From Utricularia gibba (lineage: Eukaryota > Plantae > Magnoliophyta): a stretch of 64,000 bases of DNA. Both the position numbers and the translations under genes were made by a program. The DNA lies in contig NEEC01000014.1 of NCBI GenBank assembly GCA_002189035.1, positions 2,976,001-3,040,000 of the forward strand, given 5' to 3'. Below the pieces are notes generated by a model. That model saw only the letters and a program-made list of their open reading frames with translations. It did no database searches and was not told the DNA's origin. Of the stretch, positions 12,859 through 24,557 are shown in pieces (the first letter of the stretch is position 1; each line of letters opens with the position of its first letter).

Positions 12859-14479
12859 GAAAAAAGAGAAAGGCTTGAGCAAAAAGTAAATGAGAAGAAC
12901 CATTAGTATAGCAAAGATTCAGAAATAAAGTATTAGAGAAGTAGTGCTTAGATGATGAATAGCTCACAAAGCAATGTCTAGAAAGGAAATGTTGAAGGAG
13001 TGCAATTGCTCACGTGACGAAGGCCAACGTAATGAATCCCATGTAGAAAGACAGAAACTATGCATCTGCACTCATGGAAAAGGATGAAGATCTTCATACT
13101 CACGGAAAGCTCCAGACCATGTTTCAATGATTTGTTCGGAGCTCCACATGCCACCTCATTATCACAGGAATTATTAATATTTTTTTGGTGATTTTACATA
13201 ATATTGGATATTTTTACGAAAAAAATAAATGAGGTAAACAAGCTTGATAAACCAAGAAGAGATTCTAGAGGGAAGAATTCTCGAAGCGCAGGGGTTGCTC
13301 TTTCTTCATAAATTGGTCTTTATATTTTTCTACTTCATTGATTCTATACTTGTCCAAAAGGTATGAAATATGATTGAACATTATACTTTCGCCATCTAAC
13401 CATATTGTATACAAACATGATACATGGTCACCCTTTACTGATCAACTACATAACACTATGTAGGCTCGTCAGACAGCTATTCTTCTATTTTGGAGAAATG
13501 TGGATGACCATCCTTGGCTGCGTGTGGAGATGACAAACCAGATAATTTTGGAAATATACCCATCTTGTTATTTTTTTCTCATAATTATGTTTCAACATTA
13601 AATAATAGTTATCAATAATTTATTGTGTTTTTTACTAAAATTAAATACATAATTTAAAAAACATACGTAAATGTATATAATTTCACGGAGATAACTCTTA
13701 TAGTTATTAATAACGCAACTTATCAATAAAATAAATAAATTATTATTATTAATGGAAACGTAACTTTTAGTTGTCACATATTTACAATATGTAGTCTAAT
13801 GTGATAACTAATGCATTTGCTTATAATGATTTATTACATCTTATTTTTTGGTTATTAATTTTACACTAATTTCCAGAAAATATTGTACAAAAATATGTAT
13901 AAATTTTAAAATTATTGGCCTATACACATAGGGCATTTAGGGGCGCCTCCTTACTCACTTTTTTAAGAAATCATTAATGTGCATACCAGTAACCAATGCA
14001 TTGATTATTTAATTTTAATGATTTCCTGAAAATAATTTACGTTTAATGATTTTTCAACTTGCATTAGTAATTTGTATAGGTTACTGATATGTAAAATAAT
14101 GATATCATGGATAGCCATATTACATATGGATAATATATATAGACGTGTGAAGAAAACGTTCTTGGTCTGGATCGATTCCTAAGAAGTCAACTGGGGAAGC
14201 GATACTTGTTATTAATTTGTTGTATGGGTATGGTATTTAATCTAGTAAAAGATTATTTAAAATATTTAATATATATTAATACGATTACAATGCATTAGTT
14301 ATCACACAGGACTGTGTATCAATATAAATTAATAAAAAATACACAATAAAAATAGATAACTATTACTTAATGTTGAAACATAATTTTGAAAAAAAAATGG
14401 ATAGATGGTTGCTTTTCTAACACATTTAGGACAGTGGATAATTATGGAAATTCAAAAAATTGTAATGGGCATCAACGAT

Positions 14480-14915
14480 TTCATACCAAATCCCATCAAT
14501 CGAAACACTTTTTAAAAAAAATACGAGACATGTAAGTCATAGAAGAAAGAGAGCTATTCATACCCCAAACATTGATTCGATTGATGATGAAAGAAAATTA
14601 TTGGTTCAGTTCTCGAGATTCACGATAGAAAAAAGTAAATGGTCAAATTCTATTGAGCCTGACTCAGAGTGATGATTTATCAAAGAATGACTCTAGTTAT
14701 GAAATGATTGAACAACCCGGACCATTTTACTTATGATACTTGATTGACATTTTTAAAAATCTCTGTTGAATTATGTACTAATATACCCTATTTAGTAGAC
14801 ACACAAGTATTTTCTTGCTCATTATTAGATAATTACTTATTTACAAATTTTATGTGAAATTAATACTTTGCATTTCTCATCTCATGGAAAACCCTTTTCA
14901 CTCCACTTAGCCTAC
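14480..14915 (+). pseudogene. ycf2: Plastid ycf2 fragment (NUPT); a weaker colinear match may extend left to ~13540
   Basis: Translates to [51 protein letters not shown] and VFLAHY*IITY..C..N.LHFSSHGKPFSLHLA, matching the recalled angiosperm Ycf2 central region; frameshifts present. Confidence 0.85.
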
Positions 14916-14944
14916 TTCCTCTCGATTGATTCTACCATAGAGTC

Positions 14945-15219
14945 TAACTTCATCCTCTTCCCTAGGGATCTTAAATGAGGGCCTTGGGAGCCCGGGAGAC
15001 TCCAACTACAATCCATGCTAGACCTCACCAACAGCCTATCTTTCTTTCAATAGAGTCTTTTACTGGCATGTTTCAGTCCTCTTCCCCATTACCTACAAAA
15101 AGTGAGCAATGGCTTAGCTACAAGGTACTATCATTACTATATGGATAATGTGACATTGAACCCATAATCGCAACAACCCAATTGCGAGAGGGAACTCCAC
15201 CAACTGAGCTATATTCCCC
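14945..15219 (-). pseudogene. trnA-UGC: Plastid trnA-UGC exon 1 (15182-15219) plus the 5' part of its group II intron (NUPT)
   Basis: Minus strand GGGGAATATAGCTCAGTTGGTGGAGTTCCCTCTCGCAA|TTGGGTTGTTGCGATTA... matches the recalled plastid trnA exon 1 and intron start; mutated and internally deleted. Confidence 0.9.
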
Positions 15220-15247
15220 TGAGATTCTACTCTTTACTTGGCACTGC

Positions 15248-16755
15248 TGAGCCAGCATGGACTTGAACTCAAGACCTTTTATGTGAAGTAAATTGTTGCA
15301 CCTATAGTTCAATCAATGGAGGAGAATCAATAGATTCCTTTTCAGGAGCGATTCATCCTTCCGAAATGTAGTATACAACTCTCCATTGTACTGCACTCTC
15401 CAAGTGTGCTTCTTCCCCTCTCTTTCCATACCTTGCTAAGTCATTGTGAAATAACTCTAATGATTCAACCTGTGAATCTATGATCATTTTTTCAAACATC
15501 CCATTACAAAATTTGGGGGCATCTTTAGGGATGATAAATGAGAATTTTGCAAATCGTCATTCAAATACAATTCCACGTATCAAATAAATTCATAAGTCTA
15601 ATTTATAATCAATCATAAAAGAAATATGAGCATAGTGTAATTAGGATTGGATGTTGACCTATTATGTTTTTCACGATGGCAGATTAAGCCTAAACAAGGA
15701 CTAATTCCGTTTTATGATAAAAGAAGATTATGTGATATCTAAGGTTTCTAGAAACAACATGCTCATTATTATTCTTATTCCACTCAAACCAAAAATCATT
15801 CATTTAACAAATTCAGAGTTCAAGTCTATCTAAACTCTTGTTTTACCCATTTTCTAATCTATCTCTAGTCAGGTTTGTTTAACATGAATATCACTATCTC
15901 CCCTCTTGGGTCTATCATGATTTTCTAAGAAAATAGTGTGATTATATGGTTAGGATGCTTAAATGAACAATGAACATGCTTGTCCCTTTGGTTCCAAGAC
16001 ACTATTTGGTGCTACTCATATTAACATAGCTTCAAAAGCATGTTCATATCACAACTTGACAATTAGAAAATAAATAGTAACAGAAAATGCAAATAGATCA
16101 ATGCAAAATTCAAAATCGTTTACAATCTACTCCTGGCTAGGAGTAGTGTTCTTGATTAGAAGAAATCTTCAAAAATGAGTTGAGTTCTAGAGTTGATTTC
16201 TTTCTATTTGTTCTTCTGTAGTTTCTTTTTTCTTTTTTAAAACCCCCTTCTCCAGACCCTCTTGGATGTTCTACAAAGTTTCTAAATATTTTTTTCTCTC
16301 TTCTCCCATCTTTTGTCAAAAACTCTCCTTTTTATCTTCTTTGGATTTGGTGCACTCTCTCTCCTTCCTTTATCCTATTTTTCTACCATCTTCATCATGC
16401 ACTTTCATCTTTTCATGATTTGAATTGCTAAGAATGTGCTGCATTGCTCTAAGGAAAATAATTACACCCAAGATTGTCACTAAATCTAGGATTTAGTCCA
16501 AATCTAGAATGAAATACTTAAAATAGAGCTGCTAAATACAAAAATGTCAAAATGCTTAGTAAAATCCTAATCTTATATAATAATACTACTCATTTTCTAA
16601 TCTTACAACACTAAAAATTATGTGTTATCAAGTGATTGAAGAGATCAAAGACCAAGAAGTGAGTTATTTTAAGAATTCTTCTTACAACTAGATCCAATCT
16701 CTTGGGCCTTGTAGAAAGCAAAAAGAATGTTGTACTCTTCCTTTTAGGGGGAGGG
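15248..16755 (-). pseudogene. trnI-GAU: Plastid trnI-GAU exon 2 (15248-15282) plus 3' intron (15283-15531 and 16631-16755), interrupted by a solo LTR
   Basis: Minus strand ...GATGAATCGCTCCTGAAAAGGAATCTATTGATTCTC...TTTACTTCACAT..GGTCTTGAGTTCAAGTCCATGCTGGCTCA. ACCAAGAAGTGAGTTAT and CTAGATCCAATCTC intron motifs resume after 16630. Gene order trnI then trnA as in the plastid rrn operon. Confidence 0.9.
15532..16630 (-). mobile_element. Solo LTR (Athila-type, related to family A) inserted in the trnI intron NUPT
   Basis: TGATAA...TTATCA termini; TSD AGGGA/AGTGA, where the plastid sequence reads AGTGA; start resembles 16756 and 54392. Confidence 0.8.
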
Positions 16756-19650
16756 TGATAAACGAAAAATTCACACGTCGTAAATGTAAACTTTCCTATC
16801 AAATAAATTTATAACCTAACACACATTCAAGCATAAAACAATTATGAGCATAGTGATTAGGGTTGAACACGAAGAACAGGTGCTTGCTATGTGAAAGTTA
16901 ATGCATGAAATCCGTGTCATGTTGGTAAAATTGGTCTTAGCTAGAAATAAAACAGAACTATGATGGAATGCAGTAAGGAAAAGCAACAAGTTTTGGGATT
17001 CGGTAGTTTCTGGAATGGAATGGGTGATGCCTGGGGACTCCTAGGGAATGTATGCCTATCACTAAACAAGCTCACATAAATCATAAGCCAAACAACTAAC
17101 TCACAAGATCTAGGTTTACCCGGATTCTTGTTTTTCCCCCTAATCTTTGGTCTACCTCTAATTAAGGTTGTTAAGTTGGGTTTCACTACTTCCCCCTCCT
17201 GGATCTATCTTGGTTTGTTAAGGAAGTGGTGTGATCTATGGTTTATTAGTTCTAAGGATTTATTAGCATATTTCTCCCCTTTTCACCCCAAGGCACCCCC
17301 TAAGTGCTTAGCCACTCATGATAAGATAAAGGAAAATGTTTTCATAGCATATCCTAAACAACATCCTTGCTTTAAAGCTAAACAACAACGAGCAATATCC
17401 AGTAGAAGTGGAAAAGACAATTTGTTCACGCAGGAAATCCAAATCTAGTCTTAGCTAGGACTAGTAAACGTCAAGAACGAAAATAAATTCTCAAGAGAAG
17501 CTGTGTTCTTCTGGTTCGTCATTCCCCTCCTTCTTCTTCCTCCAGAAAAATCTCCAAAAACTTGTCGTGAGTCTCCAAAGGGAGATTTACCCCTCTCTCC
17601 AACTTTTTCCTCCTTTTGTCCAACAAATCCCTTTTTTTTCTTCCTTGGATTTTGTGTGTACCACTTTTCAGTCTTTTGGACTCATCTTCTGCCACTACAC
17701 TGTGCATATTCGGCTCCTAGGGATTTGTGTTGCAACTTGCACTGCATTACTCAAATAAAACTATTAGAAGGTTGGGACTAAATCGCAGATGAAATGGGTG
17801 ATGCCTTGGGACTCATAGAGGATCTATGTTTATCACTAAACAAGCTCACACAAACCATAAATCAAACAATTAAAAACAAAGTCTAGGTCTACCTAGACTC
17901 TTGTTTTCCTCCTAATCTATGGTCTATCTATTGGGTTTCTCGTTGACATCGTATGTCTCAAAAGCAGCGGAATTTTAAAATTTTTGAGAAACCCCCAACG
18001 TAGATCTTGAAATACAGTATACATTAGACAAAGGGATTCTGAAATACCTTTCAGATGACTCCGTTGTTCACCAACCGCCAATAGCAGACGGCCTCTATGG
18101 TATCCACATGTGGAGCACTCCGTTGATAACCTTCTTAAGGCTCTTGAATGCTGGTCGAATCTATCAGGTGCTATAAGAGAAAAACGCCTCCTTGTGGATC
18201 AACCTCAAAGAGCACGAAGACCTTGGAGCAGATCTCAAGATTTAAATCTTTTGATGATAGATTTTTTGTGACATATCAAATCATATCTATATGAGATTTT
18301 TTATTTTGAGTTTAATCAATATTAATCTCAAAATAACTTTCTATCTAATTTATCCACTTTATCAATTACATCTCATGTAATTGTGTCATTCTATTTTATA
18401 TCGTTGAGTGACTCCACTATTGTGTGTGACCCTATAGGCTTCCTCAATCAAGGTCGTAATAATGAATTTATTAATTAACTCTTAATTAATCAAATCCATC
18501 ATTATCAATCATGAGTGATGTCTAGCAATATATCATGATCCCCAAGATTAAAGAATAATCAGGTGAACTGATTGAGCCTTTCCATGACCAGCCATCATGC
18601 AATGAACAGCTTTCATCATACTTATATCTCATTCGGTACCAGAACATAGGTGTGTGTCTTTCTGATTTATGGAAATTATAATTGCATTGAAGCACTAACA
18701 CTCATTGACCTACTCAAACAATTCGAGTGCATTACCCTGGGCCTAGGACTTACTGTTAGGCTTTGATGCAATTACTTGAGATATGATCTCATCGCTAACA
18801 TGATTGATGAATCCTTTATTGATCAATCAACTATCTCCAACCTTTATTGATCAATCAACTACTCATCCATACTAGGCAAGCCATGGTTAGGCTCCCATTA
18901 ATAATGAGCGAAAATGTGAGCTTAACATCAAGATAACTTTGTTGACCTCAAGTTTAAGCTTACTTGTATGGCTGTCATATCCGAGATCTTGCTACTGACA
19001 CTTGGTGAGCTTCCCATAGTAGCATCTCGAAGATGAGTCATCAAGTGAATCGATTCTCTAATCGACACCCACACATAGGTTCTAGTAATCTCATTACATC
19101 AATTGTGAGAACCATTGTCTAAACAGTTTAGGGAACTCAATCTGTGCTAAATTATCCGTATTTGTGATATCCTCATTTCACAAACACTCTAGCCAGAGAG
19201 TTTTTAACTTGAACATGAATACTTGAAGAATCTCACATTATGATCTCATCAAAATTTCTATAGCACATAGATCAAGTAGAGGATTTTATTAATGATATAA
19301 ACTTGATCACAATTCAAGGTAAACATCAAAGGATAAGATTTGCCAATGAATTGATTTTCTCTAGAACACATACACTAACACTACCTCTAATTAGGATTGT
19401 TAAGTTGGGTTTCACTATACTCTTCATATCTGCCTCCTTGGGGTTTGTGTTGCGAATATGCTACATTGCTCAAACAAAACTATTAGAAGTAAGGTTGGGA
19501 CTAAATCGTCGATTTAGTCCCAACTAAGACTAAAATGACAAAACTACGATACCATGCGCAAAAATATAGAATTAGGTAGTATAACTTGATTTTTGTAGCA
19601 CAATGTGAGTAATTTCCATATACTCAATCACTCAAAAATATGTGTGATCA
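16756..19650 (-). mobile_element. Athila-type LTR family A, composite (partial tandem duplication), containing a nested family-B LTR
   Basis: 16756-~17780 aligns with 54392-~55360. The sequence restarts at ~17790 (TGGGTGATGCC, equivalent to ~17021) and ends ATATGTGTGATCA at 19650, like 55503. No TSD. Confidence 0.8.
17929..19380 (-). mobile_element. Solo LTR family B, copy 1 (Copia-type, ~1.45 kb)
   Basis: Inverted near-copy of 24558-26055 and 32033-33500. TSD CTATC/CTACC; host LTR-A sequence is continuous across it. Orientation set by the PBS that follows copy 3. Confidence 0.9.
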
Positions 19651-20714
19651 CTATCCTCGTCTCGACTTTCACTGATTCCCTTCGAATAACTGGTTATTGG
19701 AGCAAGGAATAGCATACTCTCTTTTACATTCTAATTGACTAGGAGGCACGAGAATAACCTCATGTGATTCCCCCTTGTATGATTGAGAGGACAAGAGGAT
19801 TGCCATCGATTACCCTCAAAACTGAATTCTGCATGTGTGCCTAGCTGTTGCAAATGACTAGTGGCAAGTATGAGGTCACTACCCATCCAATGCCGCGGTA
19901 CATTGGTCACAAACCATTCACTATCTCCCTCGAACTGGTAGGATTGGAGATGGTGCTCTTCATCTTTCTCTTCATCATAATTTGTAAGGAGTGCCTGCTA
20001 TTCATGGACCATGACTAGGAAACCTTACAGAAAGACTGTAACATGACATGTGGAAATATGCAAAATTTGGAAGAATTTCAGTAAAGAACCGAGATTGATG
20101 CTCAAGACTTGGAAGAAAATTTCATATATTCCCAGAAATTAAAAAAGTTTAGCCATGAATGGTCATGAAAACAGAAAACCCAATGGAAAGTTAAAGTGTT
20201 CTTCCTCCCTTGGTGGAAAGAAAGAATCAAAAGTTCTAAATGCCAAAACAAAATGCGAAAAAGTCTGAAAATTTCCGATCCAAAATGTTCCAAGTTCCTG
20301 TAAAGCCACTCCTACATGCATTCACTTCCTCTAATTTCTTCCCATTATTCTTTCTATCTTGCGCGCACAACCAGCTTTCCCATGAGTGCAAGTAACCGCC
20401 TAATCATTACTGCAAACTCTGATCTGCCATAAATTAGGGGTCTTAATTAATATCAGTCCATTGCCCACAATTGACCCAAGTCACGCACAAGGCATGAAAC
20501 GTCAATGTCTAGTCTTGTACAATACTTCAAGTTTGCCTCTTGATATTTTGGGTGAAAGTGCACGATAAAAGACAACAAAATATGTGCAAAATACAAAAAT
20601 AGGAATTTTATAATAAAATTGACTACCTACCAATATAAATCCTAGATTTGACGACTTAATACTTAATTAGCACATAATAATATATAATAAATAGTTAGAA
20701 AATGACACTTAACA
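19651..20714 (-). mobile_element. Athila-type LTR family C, 5' portion
   Basis: Minus strand begins TGTTAAGTGTCATTTTCTA, like 31569. 19651-19990 is an inverted match to 26085-26455. Truncated at 19651. Confidence 0.8.
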
Positions 20715-20896
20715 ACGATATGGCTATCAAAATCATGAGTATCGGCATGTAGATTCTAGATTCACATGGTAGTTTCAAGTCCTTGAGCAATTGTTCTTAA
20801 GAAATGAAGCAATTTGGCCCATTCCTCGAAAGAAGTTTATACCGGATCCTTATCCACCAAAATTTTTATTTGGGCTTTCGAGAAATGAATTATCAT
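20715..20896 (-). pseudogene. psaA: Plastid psaA 5' fragment (NUPT)
   Basis: [56 protein letters not shown] matches the recalled PsaA N-terminus; cut off by LTR-C. Confidence 0.9.
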
Positions 20897-21237
20897 AGAG
20901 TCCTATTTCCACAAAATGCATACAAAGAGGCCCACTACAATCAACTTCAAATTCGGATTAGTAATTCTCTATTTCGTAGATATTTTTAGAATTCATTTTG
21001 TTCTTGAGTTCTTTACTAGGTTATTATGATCATGAAGTCGATACGGGCCGAGTCTTTCGGATATATTGTGACACAGCCAACAGGAGCTCAAGGGACCTCT
21101 GCAATAACATACAACTCTTTTCAAGCGTTGGATCAGTGTAAAAATGATTCATTTGTACAATCCAAAATGAATAAGGAATGTTTTCTTGTTTTCTGTTAAC
21201 TACAAAAAATAAAAAAAAATAAAAAAATTGCCTTCTT

Positions 21238-21600
21238 TTATTCAAAACTTATCGTGATCTTCAACCAATTATGTGCTTCAATAGAATAAAGAGGAGTAAG
21301 TGCCATGGCCTGTTTTCAATACTGAGCGCCTTGATCAAACCAAACATACTATCCCCATCAGAATCGCCCTGGAGAATGGCCCGTTCTCCCTGTCCGGACT
21401 AGGTAGATGAATTTCTTCCCTTAGAACCGTACTTGGTTTCCTATCTCATACTGCTTATCCCCATCAACTCTTCTGGTGTCCCGTTACTATATTACTATTC
21501 CTATTAGCAATTGAATAGAACTTTTCGTGGATCTATTCCCATTTTTGGAGTTCATGGACGGTAATTCTGCAATTACACAAAAATCATTTAATTAATAAAT
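21238..21600 (-). pseudogene. ycf3: Plastid ycf3 exon 3 (21238-~21393) and the 3' end of intron 2 (NUPT)
   Basis: GE(R)AILQGDS..WFDQGAQY*KQAMALTP..IEAHNWLKIT..FE*. Group II intron end TATGAGATAGGAAAC-CAAGTACGGTTCTAAGGGAAG on the minus strand. Lies upstream of psaA in plastid order. Confidence 0.9.
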
Positions 21601-23569
21601 AAGATTGTTTACATTGTTAATTAATTATTTCTATTTTCTTAAAAACCGATTAAAAAAAAAACGAAAGACATGTTTTAAAAATAATAGACATAATGACTTT
21701 GAAGTAAACCTCCATAATGTAGAAGTTTGCCTATGTATGTACATGTAAACGTCTACCATTGATTTACTTATGTAAATTTTAAGGGTGCTATTGTAAAATA
21801 ATACTATTACATAATCATTATAATATAATATTTTTATTTAGTGGAATTATAGAATCAAACATATCACTAGAACAATATCATCTCATTTAATAACTTGTTT
21901 TCCCATATTTTCAATAATATTCAACTAAACTCTTCTTATTAGGTAATTGAGATCAATATGAGATTTTCTTACATTCCCTTATCATTTTGTGATACTAAAG
22001 AATACCTTAACAAAGAAAACATTAAGAAAAATAAAATCAAATCTCAAATTAAAATATCAAAAAACATAATAAAATAGTCATACTCATAGGAACTTGTGCA
22101 AGGTTTCATCATATATTCTTAATTGCAATTACTTGCACATACATGTTTGATTTTCACATGAAAATAATCATATAAATATGAAATATTAAAAGAAAAATGA
22201 TCAAAGAGGTATTCCATGATTGAGAAAGTAGATTATTTATAGGAAAATAAATCTAAGTCTTATATTGGTCTTATTTCATGGTCTTAAATAAGATCTTTTA
22301 TTTAAATTTTTTTATCTAAATCTTCTAATATCATTTTCAAATATCTGTCTTATACATGAATTTTGGATCAAATTTTTATTTTTTAACTTATTCTTTGGCT
22401 CACATTCATGTATTCTCGAATTCAAAATTTTTTGAATATTTATTTCTTATCAAGTTTGCTCTGTACTAAAAATCAATAACATTCAATTTCTCTTCAAAAT
22501 ATCAAATTAATATAATAGATGTAAAATCAATAAAAAATAATTAAAAAATGAATGAAAAAACCCCTAAAAAATGATGAAAAATATATTTTAAAATGATACA
22601 AAGTCAATTATCATTTATTACAAGAGTTTTTCATGGAAATTAGAATTCCATTTGTATTACAAATCGGTTTTCAGTGTTTCGTTTCATTTGTTGTTTTTTT
22701 CCCACCTCCCGAAGGCAAATTTCCTCCTATTGTTGGATTTTTCCAAAAGGTAACTATTTCCATTTCATATTGAAATTGCTGTAGAATCTTTTGAAAAAAA
22801 TTTTCTTATTATGAGGGAAAGGACTTACTATCTTTGGGATTTGATCCTACTCTATAGATCTTTTCTGCACCCTTGAAACTAGAATAGATATATAAAAAAA
22901 AAAACTTCAACAATTCCCTTTGTTTTTAACCGCTCCAAATTTCTCAACCTGAAATTTGCAAATAACAAATTGTAAAAGTATTCTTAATATTCAAAAATAA
23001 TTATTAAATCGTGCATTAAGTGCATTATAAAATTATTTAATGTACCCTAAATTCTAAAAAATAAATTAAACCACATGTTAAGAAGACTATAAAATAAAAG
23101 TGCAGTAAATAAAAAGTATCATCTTTCATTGGAAACATTTTCTAGACACCTATATTGGCACATTTGGGTGTCTGGTAAGAGAGTCTAACACCTTTTTTAA
23201 GGCACTTACAGTACCTTGTGTCAGTGTGTGAGATCATTTCCAGGCACCCACTTCTCTCGCTTGTATGTCTGGGAAGGGATGTTTGAGACGATTTTCTAGG
23301 CAGATTCTTCCCTCGTATGGGTGCCTAGGAAGGGTGTATGAGACCATATTCCAAGCAACCACTTTTGCTCGTGTGGGTGTTTGGTAAGGATGTGTCCAAA
23401 TGCTGGTTTTCGAAATCGACCATGTCTTCCAGTCCTCTTTAACACCTTAGTGGGTGCCTTAAGACACATTGTTTGAATCATACAATCTTAATTAGAAGCA
23501 CGAATAAAACATTTTAAAAAAAAGTAATAGTATTTTATGGAGCACATAATGTTTCCGAATTAGTAGTCT

Positions 23570-24539
23570 TCAACTTTATCTTCACTCGAACTCGAGGACA
23601 ACGTTTGATTTCTTTTCATTGCCTCTAATCAATCCTCTAGACAAATGCAGGCCTTCATGGTCTATACATTTAATTTGGAGCGCTTGTGATTAAGAACTCG
23701 TCCTCCCGCACTGAATGCACTTTCGGACGATATTGCAAATGCTGAAGGTGTTAGAAGATGGGTAAGTAGTAGAATTTGTCTTCTATCAACCCAATATGTC
23801 TAAGTTGTCATCATGAACACCCTCAACAATAAGAGTATTATTGTAAATTGTAATTTGATCAACAGAATTTAATGAAAATGATGAAGAGGATGACACAAAT
23901 GAACTATGTTTCCTACGAATAATGTCCATCGAATTGCAACTGTCAAACATCAAATTATTAATGGAATTCACAATATCTAGAAGCATAAAGCAAATACATG
24001 CCACATAGAACATTATTTGTATTAAAATCTATTTCTTCACGAATTATTAATGGAAAGAGCAACATCATTTATAGCGCAAGACTCTGAAATATATTCAAGT
24101 AAAGTTTTTACACCTCTAGATTTAACCTAAGTAAAATCGGTGCAATAAGAAACAAATATTGGATATCATCCAATTGTTTCAAAAACTTATTTTTCATATT
24201 TCGAACTACATCTTCTAAAAAATTACAATCACCTTGATGATCATAAAAATCCAACAAAATTTAACAAATATATGAAATAGTAGGTTGAGAATTTGGATAA
24301 TAAATACCAATCAAGATCTTAGTACCAAAGTAAAATGTTTCTATTAAATTCACTAAACTTTTTATTTTTTAAAAAATAGAATGAGTGAAGAAATTGTAAC
24401 CCATGAAAGATTCAAAAAATTAAATAAAAAAATTGTCATAAGGAAATAAATTTTTTTTATTCGACATAGGATTCATTCTATTATTCAAAATGTCAATAGT
24501 GTTTGTATTCGCAGACGTATTATCCAAAGAAATAAATAA
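23570..24539 (-). pseudogene. hAT-family transposase C-terminal fragment including the dimerisation domain
   Basis: DNLDILG..KTNSTTYP and AISSESAFSAGGRVLNHKRSKLNV*TMKACICLED*; many stops; TIRs not identified. Confidence 0.8.
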
Positions 24540-24557
24540 AATCCTAATTAGAGGTAG

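Noticed and set aside
13200-13500. Organelle-like or coding-looking segment (e.g. LLDKYRINEVEKYKDQFMKKEQ on the minus strand)
   Set aside because: I could not match it to any plastid, mitochondrial or viral protein from memory; it needs a BLAST search.
15182-15282. Functional tRNA-Ala and tRNA-Ile genes
   Set aside because: Only one exon of each is present, stems are mutated and the group II introns are fragmented; these are plastid relics.
19303-19527. Repeated small ORF MITIQGKHQRIRFANEL... (also at 24420-24635 and 31904-32110) as a gene family
   Set aside because: It is an antisense reading of the family-B LTR terminus that runs into unrelated flanks.
22620-22900. Possible additional plastid fragment
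   Set aside because: Composition is suggestive but no frame matched a plastid protein or intron that I could recall.
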